This document shows positions 17,860 to 25,281 of a stretch of DNA of 28,048 nt, piece by piece. The notes under the pieces were generated by a model. It was not told the DNA's origin, did not search any database, and saw only the letters and a program-made list of their open reading frames with translations. The DNA lies in contig CAAGIQ010000065.1 in the NCBI GenBank assembly GCA_900769965.1, forward strand, positions 1 through 28,048, read 5' to 3'. Position numbers and translations under genes: made by a program. Source of the DNA: Bacilli bacterium. GTDB lineage: Bacteria; Bacillota_I; Bacilli_A; RFN20; CAG-288. Within the stretch, counting starts at the first letter, position 1. The number at the start of each line of letters is the position of its first letter.

Positions 17860-19447
17860 ATTTTGCTTTTAATTCATCTAGATAATCTTCAAATTCGTCG
17901 TAAGTCATGTACTTATCGATATAAGAACCATCTTCCTTGATATAGATGATTCTATTAGCGATAGTGTTCAATAACTCTCTATCGTGCGATGAGAAAAGAA
18001 TGACGCTTTTAGTCTTCTTTAGACCCTTATTTAAAGACTCGATCGATTCGAGGTCTAAGTGGTTTGTCGGATCATCTAACATTATAAGATTTCCAGGTTG
18101 CATCATAACTCTTGAAAAACGTAATCTAACTTTTTCTCCACCTGAAAGAACTTTAACCTTTTTTAAAGCCTCCTCACCTGAGAAAAGCATTCTTCCTAAA
18201 AAGCCTCTAATATAGGAATCGTTTTGATCTTTCGAATACGGTCTTAAATAATCTACTAAGCTTTCTTCGATATTATCGAATTCGCTTAAAGAAGAAGGAA
18301 TATAGGAAGGATGTACTGTGATGCCATATTTATAACTTCCTTCATCGAAATTATCTACGTTAGCTAAGCAGTTAAACAATGTTGTAATGGCTAAGGAGTT
18401 ATCAGCTAAGAAAGCAACTCTATCGGTTTTTAACAAATTAAACGACAACTTTTTAAATAGATTACCCTTAGAGACTTCTTCTACTTTTAAAATATCGTTC
18501 CCAAGGTTAAACTCGCTGTTGAAATCGATGAATGGATAACGTCTAGAGGAAGGCTTGATATCGTCGAGTTGAATCTTTTCAAGAAGTTTCTTTCTCGAAG
18601 TAGCTTGACGAGATTTACTAGCGTTAGCAGAGAATCGGGCGATGAAGTCTTGTAGCTCCTTTATTCTCTCTTCTTTTTTAGCGTTCGAATCTTTCATCTG
18701 CCTTAAAAGAAGTTGCGATGACTCGTACCAGAAGTCGTAGTTACCAACGTATACTTTTATTTCGTTATAATCGACATCTAAGATTCTCGTACAAACTTTA
18801 TTTAAGAAATATCTATCGTGAGATACGATTAGCAAAGTATTTTCAAAATCTGCTAGATAATCTTCTAACCAGTGACAGGCTTTATTATCTAAGTTGTTAG
18901 TAGGCTCATCTAGGATCAGGATATCTGGATTTCCAAAAAGCGCTTGAGCTAAAAGAACTTTAACTTTCATCTTTGAATCGAGTTCTTTCATAAGCATGTG
19001 CTCATATTCAAGAGGAACTCCTAATGAGTTCAATAAGTTCTCAGCATCAGTTTCAGCATTCCAACCATCTAACTCAGCAAACTCAGTTTCAAGTTGGCCA
19101 GCTAATTCCCCATCTTTTTCCGAAAAATCAGGTTTAGCATATAGTTTTTCCTTTTGATCCATGATTTCAACTAAACGCTTATGGCCAAGCAAAACTGTAC
19201 GCAATACTTCAACATCATCGAAAGCGTTATGGTCCTGTTTAAGAACGGACATTCTCTCGTTTTTATCGTAAGTTACAACTCCTTCAGTAGGTTCTAATTC
19301 ACCAGAAATAATCCTGAGCAGAGTAGATTTTCCTGCTCCGTTAGCACCGATAATTCCATAACATTCACCTTTTGAGAAAGAAATGTTGACATCTTTAAAG
19401 AGGACGCGGCCTCCAAACTGCATCTTTAATGAAGAAACTTGTAACAT
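17858..19447 (-). CDS. ABC-F family ATPase (YbiT/YkpA-like ribosome-associated factor)
   Basis: Two NBDs and no membrane domain; GANGAGKST, LDEPTNNLD, inter-domain linker YVGNYDFW...FSANASKSRQATSRKK, LSGGEK. Confidence 0.92.
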   Translation of the reverse strand: MLQVSSLKMQFGGRVLFKDVNISFSKGECYGIIGANGAGKSTLLRIISGELEPTEGVVTYDKNERMSVLKQDHNAFDDVEVLRTVLLGHKRLVEIMDQKEKLYAKPDFSEKDGELAGQLETEFAELDGWNAETDAENLLNSLGVPLEYEHMLMKELDSKMKVKVLLAQALFGNPDILILDEPTNNLDNKACHWLEDYLADFENTLLIVSHDRYFLNKVCTRILDVDYNEIKVYVGNYDFWYESSQLLLRQMKDSNAKKEERIKELQDFIARFSANASKSRQATSRKKLLEKIQLDDIKPSSRRYPFIDFNSEFNLGNDILKVEEVSKGNLFKKLSFNLLKTDRVAFLADNSLAITTLFNCLANVDNFDEGSYKYGITVHPSYIPSSLSEFDNIEESLVDYLRPYSKDQNDSYIRGFLGRMLFSGEEALKKVKVLSGGEKVRLRFSRVMMQPGNLIMLDDPTNHLDLESIESLNKGLKKTKSVILFSSHDRELLNTIANRIIYIKEDGSYIDKYMTYDEFEDYLDELKAK

Positions 19448-19448
19448 T

Positions 19449-20423
19449 CTATTTAGCCTCGTCCAAATCTTTAATTAAGGAATCAAGTTCACTTAAATCT
19501 AATAACTTAGCTCCAGAAGCGAATTTATGTCCGCCTCCTCTATACTTTTTAGCGACTTCCTCAACCCCTTTTAAAGTTCCTCTTAAGGATACTCTCCACT
19601 CATTACGGGAAACATCTTCAGTTATCGAAGCTACGCATTTAACTCCTTCGACATTCCTAAAAGTGTTGATGTGAAGTTTACCTTCAGAAGGAAGGATACC
19701 TAATTTCTTGCATGTCGCATCGTCGATAACATAATAACAAGTACCTTCTTTAGTTATCTTGTAGTTATTTAAAACCCACTTTAAGAATTCTAATTCTTCC
19801 ATGCTTTGGGCGTACATCTTGTTGTAGATATCGTCTTTATCTATGCCTATATCGCAAAGATCACCAGCGATTCTAAAAGTCATCGATGAGGTATCTGGAT
19901 ATAAGAATCTTCCAGTATCTCCAACTATACCAATATATAGATAAGTAGCAGCTTCTTTAGATATTATCTGTTTTCTCTTTTTCATCGAGAAAATGAACAA
20001 GGAAATAAGTTCAGCGCAGCTAGATAAAGAAGGATAAACACAGTTTATATTACCAAAAGGTTCCACGTTTGGATGGTGGTCGATCTTGATGATGTTTGTA
20101 GCATTTCTAAACTCGTTATTTGACGCTACTCTTTTAACATTTCCAGTATCGACAACGATAGCTAAATAAGGTTTATCAAAAATAGAAGGATCTTCTTTAA
20201 TCTCTGGGAATAAAGAAGGAATGAAAGATCTATGGCTATCACCGACATAAAAAACTTCCTTTGAAGGATAATTTTCTTTGATAAAAGTATATAAACCCAT
20301 CTGCGAACCTAAAGCGTCGTAATCTGGCATCTCGTGTCTGAATATGATTATTCTATTAGCTTTATTAATCTCGGCGATGATAAGCTTGAACTCGTCATGA
20401 ATTTTCTTAAAATCAATTGTCAT
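19449..20423 (-). CDS. nrnA: DHH/DHHA1 phosphoesterase (NrnA-like nanoRNase/pAp phosphatase)
   Basis: HEMPDYDALGS, VVDTG, IDHH, GIVGDTGRF, RVSLRG and GGGH motifs. Confidence 0.9.
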   Translation of the reverse strand: MTIDFKKIHDEFKLIIAEINKANRIIIFRHEMPDYDALGSQMGLYTFIKENYPSKEVFYVGDSHRSFIPSLFPEIKEDPSIFDKPYLAIVVDTGNVKRVASNNEFRNATNIIKIDHHPNVEPFGNINCVYPSLSSCAELISLFIFSMKKRKQIISKEAATYLYIGIVGDTGRFLYPDTSSMTFRIAGDLCDIGIDKDDIYNKMYAQSMEELEFLKWVLNNYKITKEGTCYYVIDDATCKKLGILPSEGKLHINTFRNVEGVKCVASITEDVSRNEWRVSLRGTLKGVEEVAKKYRGGGHKFASGAKLLDLSELDSLIKDLDEAK

Positions 20424-21070
20424 CAGTTATTCTCCTTATCAGTCAAAGTATGTTCATTATACACCAAAAGTTCTCTTATTTCTTCCTTTTTCACTTTAGA
20501 ATATATAAAGTCAACGAGCTTCATAATATAATAAGCGCCAATTCCTAATAGAGTTCCTAAAACTGCTCCAGCAAGAACATCAGTAAAGTAATGGACTAAT
20601 AGATATAATCTTGAAAAACCCATGAAAACAGCAAAAACATATGCTAAAATCCAATATCTCTTGTTTTCTCTATTGAACATCAAAACGATAAAGGCAAACA
20701 TGAACGACAAACCTGTATGACCTGAAACAAATGATGGCGAAGAAGGAGGAACAAGAATAGAACTAACTAGAGGAAGAAACTCTTCGTGTTCCATAAATGG
20801 GCGATTACGTCCAACAACTTTTTTGATAAATAGATCGTTAACTAACAAGCAAAGCAAAAGGCCAATGGAGAGAACGACACCAAATCTTCTAGTCTTCCTA
20901 GATAACAACAAGATAATAGCAAGCAAGATGAAGAAGATTCCAAAATTCCCTAATCCATCGAAAAGCGTACATAACTTATTTAAAAAAGAGTTATGTATAC
21001 TTGCCATAAAAGAAGATATCGCATAATCAAATGGATTATCCATAAATCCAACCGGTCTTAATAAAAACAT
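20423..21070 (-). CDS. PAP2 family membrane phosphatase (start reassigned to ATG 21070)
   Basis: KKVVGRNRP, SFVSGH and SRLYLLVHYFTD motifs with several TM segments; GGAGG precedes MFLLRP; TGATG overlap with the DHH gene. Confidence 0.88.
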   Translation of the reverse strand: MFLLRPVGFMDNPFDYAISSFMASIHNSFLNKLCTLFDGLGNFGIFFILLAIILLLSRKTRRFGVVLSIGLLLCLLVNDLFIKKVVGRNRPFMEHEEFLPLVSSILVPPSSPSFVSGHTGLSFMFAFIVLMFNRENKRYWILAYVFAVFMGFSRLYLLVHYFTDVLAGAVLGTLLGIGAYYIMKLVDFIYSKVKKEEIRELLVYNEHTLTDKENN

Positions 21071-21193
21071 ATTATACCCTCCAAATTCCATTTATTATTA
21101 TATCAAGTATAAGTTATCTTTATAAGGTTATTAGAAAAGATAATGACGAAGTGTTGCAAGAAAACAAAAAATTGTAAAACGGCAAAAAAATAC

Positions 21194-21225
21194 TTGATTT
21201 TATCTATACTTTAATCTAATATAAT
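21194..21225 (+). promoter_or_regulatory. Sigma-A-like promoter of tRNA-Arg
   Basis: TTGATT-17 nt-TAATAT with an overlapping TATAAT, just upstream of the tRNA. Confidence 0.5.
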
Positions 21226-21237
21226 TAAGCATGCGAT

Positions 21238-21314
21238 GGCCCTGTAGCTCAGCTGGATAGAGCAACAGCCTTCTAAGCTGTGGGCCGGGCGTTCGAGTCG
21301 CTCCAGGGTCACCA
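21238..21314 (+). tRNA. tRNA-Arg (anticodon UCU)
   Basis: 77-nt cloverleaf: acceptor GGCCCTG/CAGGGTC, D arm GCTC/GAGC, anticodon arm ACAGC-CTTCTAA-GCTGT, T arm GGGCG-TTCGAGT-CGCTC, encoded CCA. Confidence 0.97.
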
Positions 21315-21325
21315 TCTATTGCTTT

Positions 21326-21346
21326 CAGCCTTGAGGCTGTTTTTTT
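21326..21346 (+). terminator. Terminator of tRNA-Arg
   Basis: CAGCC-TTGA-GGCTG followed by a T run. Confidence 0.85.
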
Positions 21347-21616
21347 ATGTTTGTTTTAAGATTTATAACTTCAATATTTCTTTCAATAAACGTAAAAAAA
21401 GGATGTCAAATCGTAAATTTTTAACATCGTAAAATCTTTTCTAAACGCTCTTATTCCTTAAAAAACATTAAAAAAAGCTAACTTCAACTGAAAAAAATAG
21501 CTTTCTTTAAACATTATAAAGTATCATACAAGTCAAAAATTGTCTTCATTTATAAGTATTTTAGTGATTTTTTCAAAAAAATTGCTCTATTATCCCTTTT
21601 TTGTCGCATATCATTG

Positions 21617-21645
21617 TTGTTATAAGTTTTCATTTCTAGTAAACT
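21617..21645 (+). promoter_or_regulatory. Sigma-A-like promoter of the candidate sRNA
   Basis: TTGTTA-17 nt-TAAACT; predicted +1 near 21652, at the base of the first hairpin. Confidence 0.5.
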
Positions 21646-21651
21646 AATAAT

Positions 21652-21769
21652 ACTTAATTCTTCTGTAGTTAAGTCTATCATTGTCGATAGTATAGTCAAA
21701 TAAGATTCCCCCACTTATTCTTATTTGACCCCCACTAAAAGCCATTTGGATTATTCTAAATGGTTTTTT
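21652..21769 (+). ncRNA. Candidate structured small RNA (family not recognised)
   Basis: Four consecutive hairpins (21652-21674, 21675-21690, 21695-21729, terminator 21737-21769); G-U wobbles favour the + strand; CCCCCACT occurs twice; upstream promoter. Confidence 0.6.
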
Positions 21770-21820
21770 CTTTTCAGAAGTTTACAAAAAAATAAGTTAC
21801 AAAATCATAAAATATTAAAC

Positions 21821-21851
21821 AAAAAGCCTCTATATGTCTAATTACAGAGGC
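21821..21851 (-). terminator. Terminator of the mrp-CBS operon
   Basis: Minus strand GCCTCTGTA...TATAGAGGC followed by TTTTT, just after the stop. Confidence 0.8.
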
Positions 21852-21857
21852 CAAAAA

Positions 21858-22595
21858 CTAGATTTTGTTTTGGATTTTCCGCTTGTATAGAGGAATCTTA
21901 AGAAGATCCGATTCAGTTAGTACTCCTAGTACAAACTCGTCTTTCTTACCGTTTTCTGTAACGAAGATCAAAGATATTCTTTTATCTCCAATTCTCTTCT
22001 TACTGAAGTAGTTAAGTAAAGAATACGCTTTGACTTTTCGAGAAACGAAAAGAAAGTCTTCCGCCGTGTGAGAGGAGAAAATGATCTCTTCTCTAAGGTC
22101 ATTAATTGTATTATCGATAATACTAATATTCTTTTTCTTATAAAGATAATCGAAAAAGGTGGTTCTAGAGAAAACACCAATTACTTTTCCATTATCATAG
22201 ACTGGAACATTCGAATAACCTCTTTCGTTCATAAGCTTACAAACGGAAGTAATCTTATCATCTACTGAAGCGAAGGTTAAATCTTTTCTTAAAGTAGCTA
22301 TATCTAGGCAAGTTAAAGGGTTAACTATAGCGTCTACTATCTCTTCGAATTTTTCGTTAAAGGAAGAGGTTGGTATACAGACGTTATTTTCATGAGAAAG
22401 AATGTTTCTTAAATCTGAAGCCTGTTTTAAGATTTCGTAGTTATCTTCATCTGAAACTACATCGTTGATCTTGCGCTGATATACGTTACTTAAAGCGCGA
22501 GAAAAAGATATGAAGTCATCATTTAATGAAGATAACTTAACTAGTTCAGATTCTAACTTTTTAAAGTTAGATAAGAAACGATTTATTTCATCCAT
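21858..22595 (-). CDS. CBS-pair protein with N-terminal HEPN-like helical domain
   Basis: C-terminal CBS pair (LMNERGYSNVPVYDNGKVIGVFS...IFVTENGKKDEFVLGVLTESDL); N-terminal helical region with E15 and RNILSH (R-x4-H). Confidence 0.8.
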   Translation of the reverse strand: MDEINRFLSNFKKLESELVKLSSLNDDFISFSRALSNVYQRKINDVVSDEDNYEILKQASDLRNILSHENNVCIPTSSFNEKFEEIVDAIVNPLTCLDIATLRKDLTFASVDDKITSVCKLMNERGYSNVPVYDNGKVIGVFSRTTFFDYLYKKKNISIIDNTINDLREEIIFSSHTAEDFLFVSRKVKAYSLLNYFSKKRIGDKRISLIFVTENGKKDEFVLGVLTESDLLKIPLYKRKIQNKI

Positions 22596-22599
22596 AAAA

Positions 22600-23439
22600 C
22601 TACTTTACGCTATCTTTGAACTGTTCGATTCCAGTTACAATCGAATCTAGGTAGTCGACTTCAAGGTCTTCGATTTTACCTTGATCGACATGGTTAGTAA
22701 TAACTGGATCAAATGGAACAGAAGCGTAGGTTTGAATGTTATATTTTTTAGCAACTTCCGCTACTTTATCTTCTCCATAGATATAGATTTTTTCACTGCA
22801 AGTTGGGCATTTAACATAAGCCATATTGGAAACTAACCCTAAAGAAGGAACGTTCATCATATTTGCCATATTAACGCTCTTATCAACGATCAAGTTAACT
22901 AACGCTTGAGGAGTTGAAGCTATGACAATACCATCGATTTTGATTGATTGAAAAACGGTAAGAGGAACATCGCTAGTCCCTGGAGGCATATCGATAAGCA
23001 AGAAATCTAAGTCATCCCAGAAAACTTGGGAATAGAATTGGTCAACCATTTGACCGATCATTGGTCCACGCCAAATGATAGGATCGGTGTCATTATCTAA
23101 TAGCATGTTTGATGAGATGATTTGAATTCCATATTTTTTAGAATAAGCTGGAATAATATATCTATCTGTACCAAGAGCTTTCTCTTTGATACCGAAAGAA
23201 AACGGTATAGATGGACCGGTGATGTCCGCATCTAAAATACCAACTCTATATCCTTTTCTAGCAAGTAATACAGCTAGATAAGATGATACGAAAGATTTAC
23301 CAACTCCGCCCTTTCCTGACAAAACACCGATACAATGTTTTATAGAGGCGCCGCTCACTAGTGAAGATTTTTGAATCTTTGATTCACAACCTTCAGCTTT
23401 AGAGCAATTTTCACAATTATGATTACATGATTCTGACAT
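22600..23439 (-). CDS. mrp: Mrp/NBP35/ApbC Fe-S cluster carrier ATPase
   Basis: Cys-rich N-terminus CNHNCENC, SGKGGVGKS, DADITGPS, WRGP, DMPPGTSD and CPTC. Confidence 0.93.
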   Translation of the reverse strand: MSESCNHNCENCSKAEGCESKIQKSSLVSGASIKHCIGVLSGKGGVGKSFVSSYLAVLLARKGYRVGILDADITGPSIPFSFGIKEKALGTDRYIIPAYSKKYGIQIISSNMLLDNDTDPIIWRGPMIGQMVDQFYSQVFWDDLDFLLIDMPPGTSDVPLTVFQSIKIDGIVIASTPQALVNLIVDKSVNMANMMNVPSLGLVSNMAYVKCPTCSEKIYIYGEDKVAEVAKKYNIQTYASVPFDPVITNHVDQGKIEDLEVDYLDSIVTGIEQFKDSVK

Positions 23440-23457
23440 TTTTTTACTCTCTTTCTA

Positions 23458-23494
23458 CAAAATTAAAGGCACTTATTTCTAAGCACCTTTAATT
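23458..23494 (-). terminator. Terminator/hairpin after hydA
   Basis: Minus strand AATTAAAGGTGCTTA-GAAA-TAAGTGCCTTTAATT with G-U pairs and a GNRA loop. Confidence 0.7.
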
Positions 23495-23529
23495 ATACTA
23501 CATAAAGTTATTTATTCCTTAATTAATAC

Positions 23530-25269
23530 TTATCTTTTGCGAGAAGCGAAAGTAGTATGTAATAATTCGTGAGCTTTATGAGAGCCGAATTCTTCTAAAT
23601 ACTCATCGTAAAGTTTGATGATCGATTTATTTTCAGCAGAAATACGGCGTAATTTTCTTCTATCTTCGTTATACAAGGCTTGTTGTCTAGCTTTAACGAG
23701 AGTGTTAGATAATTTCTTTGGTTGAATCGGTTGACCACCACCGTTAACACAACCACCTGGACAAGCCATGATTTCGATAACATCGTAATGCTCTTCTCCG
23801 CTCTTGATCTGTTCAAGAACCTTTTGAGCGTTACCTAAACCTGAAGCGACGCAAGCTCTTAAGACTTTACCACCGATCTTGACTTCGCCAACTTTTATAC
23901 CTTCTAAGCCTCTAATTGCTTTGATTTCTAAATCTTCACACTTACCATCTAACCAGTATTTTGCGGTACGGATAGCAGCTTCCATAACACCACCGGAATT
24001 ACCGAAGATATCAGCACCTCCTGTAGATTCACCCATTGGATCATCGAATTTTTCAACTGGAAGATCATCGAAATTAATACCGGTTTCTTTGATCATTCTA
24101 GCGAATTCTCTAGTAGTTAAAACGTAATCGACATCCTTCAAACCGAAGTTCATGAGTTGTTCACGGTTCATCTCATCCTTTTTAGCAGTACATGGCATAA
24201 TAGACACGACTACGACATCTTTTGGATCATAGCCCATCATCTTAGCAAAGTATGATTTAGCGATAGCACCGAACATCTCATGAGGTGATTTACATGAAGA
24301 AGGAAGGTGTAATAGTTCTGGGAAACGTTTTTCAATAAGGTTTATCCAACCTGGACAACAAGAAGTGATAAGAGGTAAATTCTTACCTTCCTTAAGTCTT
24401 TCAACTAATTCATTAGCTTCTTCAACAATAGTTAAATCCGCTCCGAAGTTAGTATCGAAAACGTGTTCAAAACCCATTCTTCTCAACGCTGCTGGAATCT
24501 TTTCAGCAACAGAAGTTCCAATGTGATAGTGGAACTCTTCACCAAGTGCCGCTCTAACAGCTGGAGCAACCTGAACGACGACATGTTTAGATTTATCGCC
24601 GATTTCTCTCCATACATCGTTAACTACGCTCGACTGAGTGATAGCACCAGTTGGACAAACGTTAACGCATTGACCACAATAAGTACAATCTGTTTCATCT
24701 AAGCCTAAAGAGAAGGCTGGACCAACTTCGGTCTTAAAGCCTCTGTTAAATTGATGTAATACACCAATTCTTTGAACTTTGTTACAAACGGTAACACAAG
24801 CTCCACAAAGGATACACTTAGCTGGATTTCTTCTAATAGCATATCTATTTGAAGAATATTCATCTTTTTTAGACATTTCACCTTTATATGGGAGATCTGT
24901 GATACCCATTCTATAGGCGATGCTTTGAAGTTTACAATGCATGTTCTTGTCGCATGTTGGACAATCTTGTGGGTGGTCAGAAAGCATCAATTCGATGACA
25001 GTTCTTCTCGCCATAATAACTCTTTGGGAGTTAGTATAAACTTCCATTCCTTCAGTACAAAGAGTTGAACAAGAAGGAGCCAAATTTCTTCTTCCCTTGA
25101 TTTCAACTACGCAAACACGACATGAAGCGTTGTTATTCTTCTCGTTAGCAAGATGCATTGGAACATAACAAAGAGTTGGAATGTCGATGTTTAATTGTCT
25201 ACAGGCTTGGAGTACAGTTAACCCTTCTTCTACTTGAAGAGGTACATCATTAATCTTAATATTTACCAT
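23530..25269 (-). CDS. hydA: Group A [FeFe]-hydrogenase catalytic subunit (HydA/HndD type)
   Basis: H-cluster motifs TSCCPGW, MPCTAKKDE and EIMACPGGCVNGGG; N-terminal 2Fe-2S, His-ligated 4Fe-4S (HPQDCPTC...C) and two 4Fe-4S motifs. Confidence 0.96.
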   Translation of the reverse strand: MVNIKINDVPLQVEEGLTVLQACRQLNIDIPTLCYVPMHLANEKNNNASCRVCVVEIKGRRNLAPSCSTLCTEGMEVYTNSQRVIMARRTVIELMLSDHPQDCPTCDKNMHCKLQSIAYRMGITDLPYKGEMSKKDEYSSNRYAIRRNPAKCILCGACVTVCNKVQRIGVLHQFNRGFKTEVGPAFSLGLDETDCTYCGQCVNVCPTGAITQSSVVNDVWREIGDKSKHVVVQVAPAVRAALGEEFHYHIGTSVAEKIPAALRRMGFEHVFDTNFGADLTIVEEANELVERLKEGKNLPLITSCCPGWINLIEKRFPELLHLPSSCKSPHEMFGAIAKSYFAKMMGYDPKDVVVVSIMPCTAKKDEMNREQLMNFGLKDVDYVLTTREFARMIKETGINFDDLPVEKFDDPMGESTGGADIFGNSGGVMEAAIRTAKYWLDGKCEDLEIKAIRGLEGIKVGEVKIGGKVLRACVASGLGNAQKVLEQIKSGEEHYDVIEIMACPGGCVNGGGQPIQPKKLSNTLVKARQQALYNEDRRKLRRISAENKSIIKLYDEYLEEFGSHKAHELLHTTFASRKR

Positions 25270-25281
25270 AATCTATATCTC

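Noticed and set aside
21695..21740. CCCCCACT repeat as a CRISPR array or MraZ box
   Set aside because: Only two 8-nt copies 21 nt apart, with no cas or mraZ gene; better explained by RNA structure
21238..21857. tRNA-Arg as the integration site of a genomic island
   Set aside because: No integrase, no duplicated tRNA 3' end and no cargo genes seen
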